From: Eledone cirrhosa
Lineage: Eukaryota
Length of the DNA: 64,000 bases
Direction: 5' to 3'
Assembly (NCBI GenBank): GCA_964016885.1
Contig: OZ024740.1
Span: 122,202,001-122,266,000, forward strand
Position 1 is the first letter of the stretch. Each line of letters opens with the position of its first letter. The position numbers were made by a program, and so were the translations under genes. Positions 12,534 through 26,555 of the stretch are shown here, piece by piece. Below the pieces are notes generated by a model. That model was not told where the DNA came from. It saw only the letters and a program-made list of their open reading frames with translations, and did no database searches.

Positions 12534-15500
12534 CTACAGCCGCATGACCAGAGTAGGCCCACTCACACGGGCCATTCTCGCCACATTCACCCACCTTTCA
12601 GCAAATGTACTGGGGGGAAGCACTTCTCTCTGCACCCTCACCTTCCTTTCCAAGTGAAACTTGAAAAAGTTGATGAGGGATTGGCCGAAGAAAAAAGTGT
12701 CTGTCTTCAGTCCTTTCAACCTCGTCCACCATACAACCTCTTTCGCTACTGCCACCAGACAAAGGAACATTTCCTGCCCTTCCTGGCCAAAAGAAGGCGG
12801 CGGGTCGATCTTCACTATGGACTCGGCCGATAGCCGGATCCGTTCTATACGCGACAACAGCTGTTCAACAAAACTCCACAATTCAGTAATGCACGGACAC
12901 TGGACGAGTGCGTGCATAACGGTTTAGTGGCTCTGCGCGCATCTCGGGCAAGTCCGTCTGACAGCACTTCCATGCCTGTAGAGTTTATCTCGAACCGGCA
13001 GTGCCCCCCGGTAGCACTGCCAAACGAGGGATTTTGGGAAATTATCCATCGTCCCCGGCTCGAAAGTCCTCCGGTACAGACTGGTTAGTTCGACTTCGTT
13101 GACTCCCAGAGCCTCTCCGAGTGCGTCGTCACACTTGCCGACCACTAATCCTCTATAGAACTCGAGAGTGGTAATTCCACTGACCGTATTGCCCGCCTGG
13201 TAGAGTGCAGTGAGTGCCTGGCAACATTCCAGATGCCAGTCACACAGTCTCGGTCTCTCCTTGACCCAGGACTGCAACTCAGTCAAAGAAACGAGCTGCG
13301 GAAAGGCCCGTCAGACAAACGGCGACCACACCTATTCACCGTTTAGGCAGAATATCTGGAGATGCCGCAGCCTCAGCGCGTGCATGCGCATCATTAGCCA
13401 CGGCATGCCCAGCCCACCACGTAGAGGGTGCTGGCAGCAGATGGACCGCCTCACCAGCGGAACCTGACCTCTCCACAAGAATTTGAAGAGGGCCGCTCCA
13501 AGATGGCGAGGCGCGAACGGGGGCAAGGGACGACAGTCAGACGGTAGTAGATGACGGACGCGATGTACGCGTTCGCTACCTCCGCCCGACCTTTCAGTGA
13601 TAGCTTCATCGCAGCCCATTTCTGGGCGAGACTGACTACCCTGCCCGTCACCACGTCCCAATTCTTATCCACTGGAGGTCTGGCTTGAACCAAACCCCTA
13701 GCAACTTTACCGGTCCGTCCGTCCTGCGCCTAACGACTCTGTTGGACGGCATGGACTTGCCTCGCCAGGTGCCGAGTTGCAAGCCTACTGACTTTTCCGG
13801 GTTAAGTTTTGCTCCCGTCAACCTTTCATATTCCTCCAATAAGTTGCCGACCACATCGATTTCTGAGGTGTCCGACACCATCACGGTGATGTCGTCCGCG
13901 TTAGCCGACACCGCCTTTCCGCGTCACGGTTCGAGCGAGATGCCCTGCAACAGCTCCAGCTTCCGCAGTAAAGGCTCGAGAGTCAATACGTACAGAAGGG
14001 AGGAGAGAGGGCACCCTTGATGGACTGATCGGGAGACCTGAAACGGTTCCGAGAGGTGGCCATTAATTTTGACCATCGAGCATGTGCCGCTGTGCATTGC
14101 AGCGATCTAGCTTCTGAAGACGGGGCCGAAGCCAGCCGCCTTGAGGACAGCCTCCAGGTACCGATAGTCGACCCTATCGAATGCTTTCGATTGATCTAAA
14201 TTTATCAGAGCCCCACCGAAGCCAGGTTTACACCCAACCCTCTCTATGATGTATCGTATTAGGTGGTGGTTGTCGTGTATTGACTTGGTTGGGATTGCGC
14301 AAGTTTGCGCCTCCCCAACCAAATCCCCGACGACAAGCGCCAACCTCTTCGCTAACACCCTAGCCAAAATCTTAAACTCTGTGTTGAGCAGTGTTATGGG
14401 CCTGAAATTGTCTAATGTGTCCCTCTTGTTCTCGTCTTTCCTTATCAGCGTCACTACGCCCCGGCTCACAGAACTGGGAATACTCCCGTTTTGCTGCCAG
14501 TTGCAGTAGAGGGCTTTGAGGAGATTGGAGAACAAGTCTGGCATATTTACGTAAAGCTCGTAGGGAAGACCATCCAAACCGGGTGACTTGCGCCTCATGC
14601 AGCCTACAAGGGCATCCTGAATCTCGGCTGAAGGAATTGCCCTTTCTCAGCGCCCAGCGTCAGCCGTCGAGAGTTGCGGCAAGCCATCGAGGTAGGGACT
14701 GAAGTCCGCCACCATCTCTGACCCGCCACTTCCCCCGAAGAACCGAGCAAAATGTTGGTGGAAGGCCTCACACAAACTCTTGGAATCGATCAGCTCGTGC
14801 CCGTCTCGGTCCGTCAAAAACCGAATCGTGGTTTTATTACCAAGCTGCGCCTCTGCCACGCGGGCCCATCGAACAGCTTTTGTTCCCTCGTTTCTCAGAG
14901 CAAGTGCCTTAGCTCTGACAATGCAACCTTTGTGTTTTGCATTGAAGAAATGGTCTAATGCCATTCTCGCCGCTAGCACATCAGTTGCAATGCCACTACC
15001 AATAGCCTCGTCTAACTTATCTACCAACTCCCCCTCCTTTCTATGTTTCTGAAATGCCACTTCTTTGATAAACTCCATCGACATTACTCTAATCTCTCTT
15101 TTGAGAGCCCCCACCATCTATTGTTGACGACTCCCCCTGTCAACTTTTTCTTAACTAAATTTTTGACATGGTCCCTGTAACCCTTACGTGCCGGAAATGA
15201 CATGTTTAGCTTCCAGTAACCAGATCCTAACCTACGCGTCTTATCTTGGTCGACCATACAGATCACAAACTTGTGATCTGAATAGGCGACCGTTTCCAAA
15301 CGTGGACAGCTTACACTGTTTCTGTCTATTTTCCTAATGAATATCCTGTCTATATACGATCTAGATGACCCTATGTGGTTAGCCCAGGTCCACACTGGCG
15401 CATTAGGGAAATCTAGTAGGTACCTGTCAACATTTGGAACTGGCTGATCAGGTTCTTGAGGCTTTTGCACCCCCCGCTCCTATCGGATACTCCAACACAG

Positions 15501-15940
15501 TCCCAGCGTGCGTCTAAGATGCCGTTCCAGTCCCCCGCTAACAGTAAAGGGTGAGACGTAGCCAGAAATGCTTCCAGGCGTCTAAAGAAGTCCAGCCGTC
15601 TTGCCCCAGTAGGAGCATAGACGCCACCAGTCAAAAGGAACCACCTTCATTATTGTTCACGTCCAGGACCACCAACTTCCCGAGGGTCTCGGAAGATCGA
15701 CCTTACCTCGAGATACAGGCCTTTCCTAAACATCCCGCCTCCCATTCCCGGCCGGCTAACAGATGCAAAGACCTGATAGTCGTCGAAAATGGGGGCTAGT
15801 GCGCGCGTGTCGGAAATCCTGGTCTCGCTGACTGCAATTACATCCATTTCTATAGACTTGAGGTCGTTGGGCAGGTAACCCTGCTTCCAGGACGATCCCA
15901 GACCTCGAACATTTAAAAATCCTTCTCTTAATACGGCCAT
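12534..15940 (-). pseudogene. Tx1 ORF2 (APE-RT-CCHC), frameshifted
   Basis: Collinear minus-strand ORF fragments from 15650-15940 to 12534-12917. Confidence 0.9.
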
Positions 15941-15975
15941 GTTGGCAGGTTAAACAGAGAGAGAGGAATGTTTAC

Positions 15976-17772
15976 TTACCTTCCGGGCTCTTGTGAAGGT
16001 CGGGTTGTTCGACCTCCATAGTTAGTGGGATTTCTTTTGGGAACCCCTTTAAAAGTCTTGAAGTCGGTTTTACGTTCGGAGTAACCACGTTCCGAGGAAA
16101 GCTCTCTCGTATTTATTTGAATATGTCGAGCGACATTCGCACCAGAACCAAATCTTCCGGCACGCGAAATGTGCTCGATTTAAACATTTCCCCCTCTTTT
16201 TGTATATTTTCACTTCGTGCTACGAGGGCCATCAGTTCCTTTTTGGCCCTCCTGACGAGCACGAAGTTTTGTATGTTTTATTGGTGTGATTTTATTTATT
16301 TGCGTGGCTGTGGTTGTGATGGTTTTGGTGGTATTGTTTCGGTTCTATCTGTGTTTGTTGTGAGTGCGGTGTCTGTGGTTTCAGATGGTTGTGTGTATAT
16401 TTGTTCTTGCGTCTGTTTCGGTTGTTTGCGTTTGGGGGATTCTGGTGATGGTGGTGGTGGTGTTGATGTTGGTGTTATGGGAGAGATGTTTTCGTGGGTG
16501 GTGTCTGCGTTTTTTATTGTGGGTGCTTTTGTGCCTTGTTGAGTTTTTTTTTCTTTTTGTGTTTCCTTTTTTGTACTTTTGGGGATTTTGGATTTCCCTC
16601 ATCTTCACTACTGGTGGATGAGGTGTCTGTGTCTGTAAGTGTGTTTGTATGTATGTTTAAGGTTTTATTGGTGTGTGCATTTTGGGGGGGGGGGAATTTG
16701 ACAGCTTTCCTTGTTTCCCCCCTGGGTGGTCAATGTTGGTGGTGGTTTTTATATTGGTGTTGTTGTTGGTGGTTTTGCCGGTGCAGGTGTTGGTTGTGGT
16801 CCTCGCCCCGGCGTCGGCAGCAGTGGAGCCTTTCGACCCCTTGCCTCTTTCAGCAGTTGAGGGTAGAAGGCTCGCAAATGGGTTTTTTCCCCACAAACAA
16901 AACACTGCGGCCTTTTGCCTTCGGTCATAATGTGAATGTCAGTCTCATTCTGAAGTCGGATATGGTCTGGGATTGTCTTCACATTCTCGGGCCTGATCTG
17001 GAGAAGGATCTCCAGGTCAACCCCGGACCAGTCCTCTCTGGCCGTTCTGGTCACTTCTATAGGGACTGTATCCGTCCCCTCCACAATCACGCATCCCAGA
17101 AGCCACCACATGTCAAGTCCTGGTGGGATTCTGGGAGGGGTACATTATGACCTTGCTGGTTTTGCAAGGAGTCATGGCGTGTTTCATCGCGAGGGCTTCT
17201 GACTTGAACAACACCGAAATGGTGCCGTACTGTCTGCCCTTCTCAATGTACTGGGTGTCTTCTCGGATGCATCTCAGCGCGACTTCGATATCTTCTTGTG
17301 GGATTAACGCTGCCCTTTTGGTTTGTACTGAGATGCATCTATAATGCACCGTTTTGCGCTCCACTGCCTCAATAGCTTCTACCGGGACAGTTAAGTTGGC
17401 CCAAGTTTGCGCTTGCTTGATGAGCTTCCATGCCTGGGCCAACTTTTCATCTTTGTTTGAGAGGTCCATGTTGAATCATGGCCTCTTTTTTGCTGCAGAC
17501 GCAGCGAAAGTGGTCTTGTTTTCGTTGGGGGTGTTGTTGACGTTGTTCTTGTTGGTGTTGTTGTTAGCACTGTCGCTGTTATCATTGTTGTCTTTGTTGA
17601 CACCGTTGTTCTCGGTGCAGTTGGTATTGTTGCTGTTGGTGTTGTCGCTATTTGTTTTCATGTTAGTGGTGTTGATATTGTTGTTGTTTTTGTTATTTTT
17701 TTTTGTTATCTTTATTTTCGTTGTCGCTGTTACTGTAATTTTTTTCAAAATTAGAGTTCTTATTGGTATCAT
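15976..17772 (-). pseudogene. Tx1 ORF1, disrupted
   Basis: Asn-rich N-terminus, TFAASAAK, knuckle CFVCGEKTHL (ORF 16749-17111), Thr/Lys-rich tail. Confidence 0.75.
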
Positions 17773-18141
17773 TGGTGTCTTTGTTTACCTTGTTTGTGGT
17801 GGTGTTTGTGTTATCGATGTGTGTTAATTTCGCTGTAGCGCTCCTCTCAACTTATACGTCGTTGTCGCACGACAACCGACATATCGCTGGGGGGCGTGGC
17901 TCAGACAAACTTTTTTTTCTTTGTAAATTTTTTAACATGTAAATAAAAGTTCAAATATTTGGGCCAAAAGGCCCAAATATTATACTTTCCCATTCACAGG
18001 GCAAAGTCTAAGGGTTTATATTCATTACACAACAAGAAATATTTAACAACAAATAATTTAAACAGGCAAATAAAGCGACTTACTGTGAGCGAGCAAAATA
18101 CGTCCGCTTAGACCAATAATAATAATAATAATAATAATAAT

Positions 18142-21100
18142 GTTTTCTTTATTAACCACAATGGTTTACATAAATAGACATTAAGGACAGTACAGGACAA
18201 TACAGGACGGTACAAATGGACATTTCTGCGTGTAAAAAAAAACAGAGGATATAATAAAAAATAACAATGAAAAATTCCCCAATAGGGCGGAGACTTCCGA
18301 GGGACATTTTAGGAGAAAGCCCATTAAAAGACCACATTGACCCTGACCACCAGTGCAAGTGCCCTCTCCCAGTTTTCCACCTTTAATTTACAGACACATA
18401 CTCCGAGGTAAGTGCTCGTCTTCAGCCCTTTCAAACGTGTCCACCATACTATCTCTTTCGCCATGGCCACCAGACAGATAAAAACTGCCTGCCCTTTCCG
18501 GTTAAAGGAGGAGGGCGGGGCAATCAACATGATGTACTCAGCTGATAGCTGGATCCGTCCTACACGTGACAGCAGGTGTTCGACATAAACCCACAAGTCA
18601 GCAATGCTCTGACACTGGACGAGTGCGTGCAGGACGGTTTTCGCGCCATGCGCGCATCTCGGACATGCCCGGCAGACGGCACCTCCATGCATGTAGAGTT
18701 TATCCCGAACTGGCAAAGCTCCTCGGTAGCACTGCCAGGCCAGGGATTTCTGGAAGTTGTCTATAGGCCCCAGCCCGAAAGTCCTTCCGAAGAGATTGGC
18801 TAGTTGATTTTCGTCGACGCCTAGAGTTTCTCCAAGTACATCGTTGCTCTTCCCCTCCACTAATCCCCTATAGAACGCCAAGGTGGAGTTTCCACCGATC
18901 ACATTGGCCGATTGGTCGAGGGCTGTGAGCGCCTGAAGACATTCCAGTCTCCAAGCGCTCCCCCTCGGTCTTTGCTTGACCCAGGACTGCAGCTCCGTCA
19001 AGGAGACGAGCTGGGGAAAGACGTCTCTAGCAAACAGCGGCCATACCTGATCACCGTCGAGGAAGAGGTGGAGATGTCATAGCCTGAGCGCGTGTCTGCG
19101 CATTATCAACCACGGGATGCCCAGCCCTCAATGTAGCAGGTGATGGACCGCCTGACCATCGGAGCGTGTCCCTTCCACAAAAATGGAAAGAGCAAACGCT
19201 CCAGCGCACTCAGGCGGGGCTTAGGACAAGGTACGACGGTCAGGCGGTAGTAGATGACGGACGCGGTGTACGCATCAGCCACCTCGGCTCGACCTTTCAG
19301 GGATAGCTTCGCCTCCGCCCATTTCTGAGTGAGAGAAGCCACCCTGCTCGTCACCTCGTCCCAGTTTTTGTGTGTCTGGAGGTCCGGACCGAACCAGCCC
19401 CCTAGCAATTTAACCGGTCCGTCCTCCCAGCGCCCGACTACGCCGTTGGACGGCATGGACCTGCCTCTCCAGGTGCCGAGCTGCAGGCCCACTGACTTTT
19501 CCTGGTTAATCATTGCTCCTGTCACCGCTTCGTATTCTCTTAATGTAGTGCCGATCGTCTCGATGTGTTTGGCGTTGGACACCACTACGGTGACATAGTC
19601 CGCATATGCTGACACGTACTTCCGCATCCTAGTTCGTGCGGGACGCTCCTCAACATCTCCAGTTTGTGCAGTAATGGCTCTAGAGTCAATACGCACTAGT
19701 GGGACGAGAGGGGACATCCTTGGCGGACCGAGCGCATGATGTTGAACGGTTCCGAAAGGTGACCGTTCACTCTCACCACAGAGCATATGTCGTTGTGCAT
19801 GGCAGCGATCCAGCCACTGAAGACGGGCCCAAAGCCAGCCGCCCTCAGGACTGCCGCTAGGTAACGATGGTCGACCCTATCGAATGCTTTCGACTGATCT
19901 AAATTGATCAAGCACCCACCCGTGCCAGGTTCCCTAGCTACCCTCTCTACGATGTATCGCATGAGGTGGAGGTTGTCGTGGATGGATCTGTCGTGAATGG
20001 CGCATGTCTGCGCCTCTTCCACCAGACCGCCAACGACAAGCACCAACCTATTTGCTAGCACCTTGGCCAACATCTTGAACTTTGTGTTTAGCAGAGTTAT
20101 GGGCCTAAAATTATCTATGTTATCCCCCTTGTTCGGATCCTTTCTCAGCTGCGCCACCGCTCTTCGACTCACAGAGATGGGAATTCTACCGTTCTGTTGC
20201 CAGTTGCAGTAGATGTCCGCCAAGAGGCCTCCAAACAAGCCTGGCATCTGTACGTAAAGTTCATAGGGCAGACCATCCAAACCAGGCGATTTACCCCTTG
20301 TGCAGCCAGTCATTGCCTCCCGCACTTCAGCGGCTGTTATCGGCTTTTCGATACCGTCCGCCTCAGTGTGCGAGAGCCGCGGCAGTCCGTCGAGGTAGAC
20401 ACTAAAGACCATCCCTCGATCCGTCCCGCCGCTGCCTCCAAACAACTGTGCGAAGTGTCGCTGAAAAGCTTCACACATTTGCCTGGGATCGAGTAGCATG
20501 CGCCCGTCGTGGTCCACCAAAGATAGGATCGTGGCTTTGTTGCCACGACGCGCCTCCGCCACTCTGTCCCATTGAACGGCTTTCGGCCCCTCGTGTCTGA
20601 GAGCACGCACCCTATCTCTGACAACGCAGCCTTCGTGCTTTGCATTGAAGAATTAGTCAAGGGCCAATTTCGCCGCAAGTACGTCGGTAGCGATGCCTTT
20701 GCTAAGCGCCTCGTCTAATTTTCTAACTAATTCTCCCTCTGCTCTAATTTCTCTATTGCTAAAACCTTACTAAACCTAATGGACTCTATTCTAATTGCTC
20801 TTTTTAGAGCAAACCACCACTTGTTGTTAACGATGGCCCCCGTTAATGCTCGCTTAACTAGTTCGCTAATCCGGTCCCTGTAGGCCGTGCGGGGCTGGTA
20901 AGGACGCGTTTAGCTTCCAGTAGCCGGGTCCTCGTCTATGAATCCTATCTAAGTCAAGCACACAGTTAAAGAATGTGTGGTCCGTTTAGCTAACTACCTT
21001 GAATTGTGGACAGCCTATGCTAGACCTATCTATTTCCCAACAACATACTCTATCTAGATATGATCTGGATGACCCAATACGATTTGCCCAAGTCCACATT

Positions 21101-21334
21101 GGCACATTCGGTAAATCCAATCGGTACATCAGACAGTTCAAAACGCCTGAGCAGGTTGGTGAGACTCTTGCACCCTCCTCCCCTATCCGCTAATCCCACA
21201 CAGTCTCAGCATGCATCTAAGATCCCGTTCCAGTCACCCACTAACACTGAAGAGCGGAACGTTCCAAGAAAGGTCTCCAGACGCCGGAGAAATCAGGCGG
21301 CTCTACTCCTGTCGGGGCATAGACGGCCACTAGC
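18142..21334 (-). mobile_element. L1/Tx1 copy C, 5'-truncated within the APE domain (same subfamily as A/D)
   Basis: ORFs 19696-20610, 19106-19786 and 18324-19001; 3'UTR matches A and D; internal deletion near 18405; homology to D stops at agacggccactagc (21334). Confidence 0.92.
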
Positions 21335-21343
21335 ACTGGATAT

Positions 21344-21386
21344 GTAATCCTGATGATTTCTAATAAGAATGAAACGCGTAGGTTAC
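21344..21386 (+). ncRNA. Minimal type-I hammerhead ribozyme motif
   Basis: GTAATC-CTGATGA-tTTCT aata AGAAt-GAAA-C GC GTA-GGTTAC: 6-bp stem I (one G-U), intact core, palindromic ACGCGT stem III, GUA cleavage triplet. Confidence 0.8.
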
Positions 21387-21508
21387 TTCCCTTGCTTTTA
21401 TCGAGAATCTCAAATTGTAATACGTGACGTATTCTATTCTATAGCGATTGGGTCTTCGAAATGTTTATTATAAACATACAGAATATTTTCGAATATTCTA
21501 TGTTTGTC

Positions 21509-21559
<51 letters not shown>

Positions 21560-22341
21560 GTATATATATATTTGTAAATTATACACGATTAGTTCAATAA
21601 GAGTATGTTTGATAATTTAGATGTATTCATGTCCTTAAGCTCATGTTGTATTTCACTATCCCACTTCATTTCAATCATTGAACTACAAGCCAAAAGAGTT
21701 TTCAAGAGGTGTGTTTAATAGCTTAAGAGAATTTGTTAATGCATTTCTTGATTCACAACGGTATCAGTCTTTGTCTTAGTCTGTATATATCCGGGACAAA
21801 TACAGTAATCTTTCAAACCATGTCAATTCCTTTTGTTTCACGAACACCACATTAAAGGTTAACTGTTCTGAGTTGAGATTTGATTATTTTCCCTGAGAAT
21901 TATCGCTTGCAACATTTTTTTCTGATAGCAAATAAAGATTCCTTCTATGAAACTTTCCAAAACATTGATATTTATTCTGACAGCTGTATGAACTAAAATA
22001 TGAAGAATTTAGTGCCTGACCCAATGACATACTGAAATACACACAGGAAATGTCAATACAATACTTGAATACAAAGCTCATAAATCATATACATAACTTC
22101 GATGCTTGCCGGTTTCACCTTTGCATATCATTTCAAAGGAATTATACATACATACAAAACATATACATTACATATGTATTTTCATGCAGAAATGTTTTAA
22201 TCGGTATTATGTTTATCCGTTGAGACATTCTCAAATTTCTTCTCGTTAGTAGGAAATAGAATATATTACTCTTTCTATACTACATTTAAGTAGATTGACC
22301 TGTAATTGCAGCTGCACCCGTGCAACCTAGAAGTATATACA

Positions 22342-22445
<104 letters not shown>

Positions 22446-22788
22446 GAAAATAAGAACATTCAAATAGGATTTTCTCATAGAATAACAGAAAAGTATATCT
22501 TTTTAAAATAATTTATAGTACCGGTTTCAGCCGATAAATTCTTCGTGCTACAGGAAATATGATAAAAAGTATATACTAAAGTTAAGGTGTATATTAATTA
22601 GAAGAGAATATTAGAGAACCTAGTTTAAATATACAAAAAAATTCTTATTTTCGTTTATCTCTTTCTCTGTCTCTTCCCTGTTGGTTTGGTGGTAGTGGCA
22701 GTTAAATAGAATTTGGCTTTCAGCTGTTACTCCTCTGATTGGCTGTTGATTTCAATTGCAGTAGTAGTAGTGGTAGTAGTAGTGGTAC

Positions 22789-22841
<53 letters not shown>

Positions 22842-23102
22842 TGATTTCTTTATTAACCACAAGGGTTTACATAAAGTAGACATTAAGGACAGTGCAGGAC
22901 AATGCAGGACGGTACAAATGGGCATTTCTGCGTGTAAAAAACAAAAACAGAGGATGAACAAAAATAACGATGAAAATAACAATGAAAAATTCCCCAATAG
23001 GGGGGAGACTTCGGAGGGACATTTGTGGAGAAAGCCCAGTAAAAAGCCACAATGACCCTGACAACCAAGGCAAGTGCCCTCTCCCAGTTTTCCACCTTTA
23101 AT

Positions 23103-26100
23103 TTACAGATATATACTCAGAGTAGGCCCATTCACTCGGGCCATTCTTGCCTCTCTCACCCATCTTTCAACAAAATGCTGGGAAGAGAGCACTTCCCTCT
23201 CTACTCTGATTTTCCTTTTCAAATGAAATTTGAAAAAGTCAATCAGAGCATCACCGAAGGGGTAAGTGCTCGTCTTCAGCCCTTTCAAACGTGTCCACCA
23301 TACTATCTCTTTCGCCATTGCCACCAGACAGATAAAAACTGCCTGCCCTTCCCGGCTAAAGGAGGAGGGCGGGGCAATCCTCACGATGGACGCAGATGAT
23401 AGCCGGATCCGTCCTAAACGCGACAGCAGGTGTTCAACATAAACCCACAAGTCAGCAATTTTCGGACACTGGACGAGTGCGCGCAGGACGGTTGCGTCGC
23501 CCTGCGCGCATCTCGGACATGCCCGGCTGACGGCACCTCCGTGCCTGTAGAGTTTATCCCGAACTGGCAAGGCTCCTCGGTAGCACTGCCAGGCCAGGGA
23601 TTTCTGGAAGTTGTCCATAGGCCCTGGCCCGAAAGTTCTTCCGAAGAGATTGGCTAGTTGATTTTCGTCGACGCCTAGAGTTTCCCCAAGTACGTCGTCG
23701 CTCTTCCCCTCCACTAATACTCTATAGAACGCCGAGGTGGAGTTTCCACCGATCACATTGCCCGATTGGTCGAGGGCTGTGAGCGCCTGAAGACATTCCA
23801 GTCTCCAGGCGCTCCCTCTCGGTCTTCGCTTGACCCAGGACTGCAGCTCCGTCAAGGAAACGAGCTGGGGAAATACGCGCCTAGCAAACGGCGACCACAC
23901 CTGATCACCGTCGAGGAAGAGGTGGAGATGTCGTAGACTGAGCGCGTGCCTGCGCATCATCAGCCACGGCATGCCCAGCCCTCCACGTAGCGGGTGTTGA
24001 CAACAGATGGACCGCCTGACCATCGGAGCACGTCCCTTCCACAAAAAGCGAAAGAGCAAACGCTCCAGCGCAGTCAGGCGAGGCTTAGGACAAGGTACGA
24101 CGGTCAGGCGGTAGCAGATGACAGACGCGATGTACGCGTTAGCCACCTCCGCTCGACCTTTCAGGGATAGCTTCCTCTCCGCCCATTTCTGGGTGAGAGA
24201 AGCCACCCTGCTCGTCACCTCGTCCCAGTTTTTGTCCGTCTGGAGGTCCGGACCGAACCAGACCCCTAGCAATTTAACCGGTCCGTCCGTCCAGCGTCCG
24301 ACGACGCTGTTGGACGGCATGGACCTGCCTCTCCAGGTGCCGAGCTGCAGGCCCACTGACTTTTCCTGGTTGATCATTGCTCCTGTCACCGCTTCGTATT
24401 CTCTTAGTGTAGTGCCGATCGCCTCGATGTGTTTGGCGTTCGACACCACTACGGTGACATCGTCCGCATATGCTGACACGGATCTTCCGCATCCTAGTTC
24501 GCGCGGTACTCCCCTCAACGTCTCCAGTTTGTGCAGTAATGGCTCGAGAGTCAATACGTACAAGAGGGACGAGAGGGGACATCCTTGGCGGACCGAGCGC
24601 ATGATGTTGAACGGTTCCGACAGGTGACCGTTCACTCTCACCACAGAGCAGATGTCGCTGTGCATGGCAGCGATCCAGCCTCTGAAGACCGGCCCAAAGC
24701 CAGCCGCCCTCAGGACTGCCGCTAGGTAACGATGGTCGACCCTATCGAAAGCTTTCGACTGATCTAAATTGATCAAGGACCCACCCGTGCCAGGTTCCTT
24801 AGCTACCCTCTCTATGATGTATCGCATGAGGTGGAGGTTGTCGTGGATGGATCTGTCGGGAATGGCGCAGGTCTGCGCCTCTCCCACCAGACCACCAACG
24901 ACAAGCGCCAACCTCTTTGCTAGCACCTTGGCCAAAATCTTGAACTCTGTGTTTAGCAGAGTTATGGGGCGGAAATTGTCTATGTTATCCCCCTTGTTCG
25001 GATCCTTTCTCAGCAGTTCCACCGCTCCTCGGCTCACAGAACTGGGAATTCTCCCGTTCTGTTGCCAGTTGCAGTAGACGTCCGCCAAGAGGCCTCCGAA
25101 CAAGTCTGGCATCTGTACGTAAAGTTCAAAGGGCAGACCATCGAAACCAGGCGATTTACCCCTTGTGCAGCCAGTCATTGCCTCCCTTACTTCAGCGGCT
25201 GTTATCGGCTTTTCGCAACACTTCGCCTCAGTGGCCGAGAGCCGCGGCAGTCCGTCGAGGTAGACACTAAAGTCCTTCCCTCTACCCGCCCACCGCTGCC
25301 CCCGAACAGCTGAGCGAAGTGTCGCTGAAAAGCTTCACACATTTTCCCGGGATCGAGTAGCATGCGCCCGTCGTGGTCCACCAAAGACCGGATCGTGGCT
25401 TTGTTGCCACGACGCGCCTCCGCCACTCGGGCCCATTGAACGGCTTTCGTCCCCTCGTGTCTGAGAGCACGCACCTTTGCTCTGACAACGCAGCCTTCGT
25501 GCTTTGCATTGAAGAATTGGTCAAGGGCCAATTTCGCCGCAAGCACGTCGGTCGCAATGCCTTTGCTAAGCGCCTCGTCTAATTTTCTAACTAGTTCTCC
25601 CTCTGCTCTATGTTTCTCTATTGCTAAAGCCTTACTAAACCTAATCGATTCTATTCTAATCGCTCTTTTCAGAGCAAACCACCACTTGTTGTTGACGATG
25701 GCCCCCGTCAACGCCCGCTTAACTAGTTCGCTAATCCGGTCTCTGTAGGCCTTGCGCGCTGGTAAGGACGCGTTTAGCTTCCAGTAGCCGGGTCCTCGTC
25801 TATGAAGCCTATCTAAGTCAAGCACACAGATCACGAATTTGTGGTCCGTGTAGCTGACTATCTTAAATTGTGGACAGCCTATGCTAGACCTATCTATTTC
25901 CCTACAAACTACTCTATCTAGATATGATCTGGATGAACCTATGCGGTTTGTCCAAGTCCACATTGGCACATTCGGGAAATCCAATCGGTACTTGTCAGAC
26001 AGTTCAAAACGCCTGAGCAGGTTGGTGAGGCTCTTGCACCCTCACCTCTATCCGCTAATCCCACACAGTCCCAGCGTGCATCTAAGATCCCGTTCCAGTC

Positions 26101-26520
26101 GCCCACTAACACTAAAGAGCGGGACGTTCCAAGAAAGGTCTCCAGACTCCGGAAGAAATCAGGCCGCCCTGCTCCTGTCGGGGCATAGACGGCCACTAGC
26201 CTGAAAGCTTGCCCGTCTCCGCTGGTCACGTCCAGCACCACCAGCTTACCCTCTGGGTCCAGGAAGATGGCCCGTATGGCGAGATCCAAACCTCTCCGAA
26301 AAAGCACAGCAACTCCTCCACCCGATCCAGGACGGCTGGGAGATGCGTACACATCGTAGCCGCCGAAGATCGGTGCGAAGGCCCGTGCTTCGGAGATTCT
26401 GGTCTCGCTGATGGCCACTACATCTATGTTTAGTGACCTGAGGTCGTTGAGCAGGTGACCCTGCTTCCATGACGACCCCAAGCCACGCGCATTTATGCTG
26501 CATATTCTGAGTGAGGTCAT
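23103..26520 (-). pseudogene. Tx1 ORF2: APE endonuclease, reverse transcriptase (AYADD), C-terminal CCHC; frameshifts near 26040 and 25290
   Basis: ORFs 25939-26520, 25202-25984 and 23103-25178 (691 aa; RPITLLN, KAFDRVDH, VRQGCPLS, YADD, CPRC...ALVQC). Confidence 0.93.
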
Positions 26521-26555
26521 GTTTAAAATAGAGTGGAAAAGATGGGAAAGACCAC

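Larger units (their letters stand above)
12249..18114 (-). mobile_element. L1/Tx1-clade retrotransposon, copy B (divergent subfamily, full length, degenerate)
   Basis: APE MAVLREGFLNVRGL (15940), RT KSPGLDG/KAFDRVD/ADD, C-terminal CPRC...HALVQC, ORF1 remnants 17772-15976; distinct 3'UTR with AATAAA and a sense (TAA)n tail. Confidence 0.92.
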
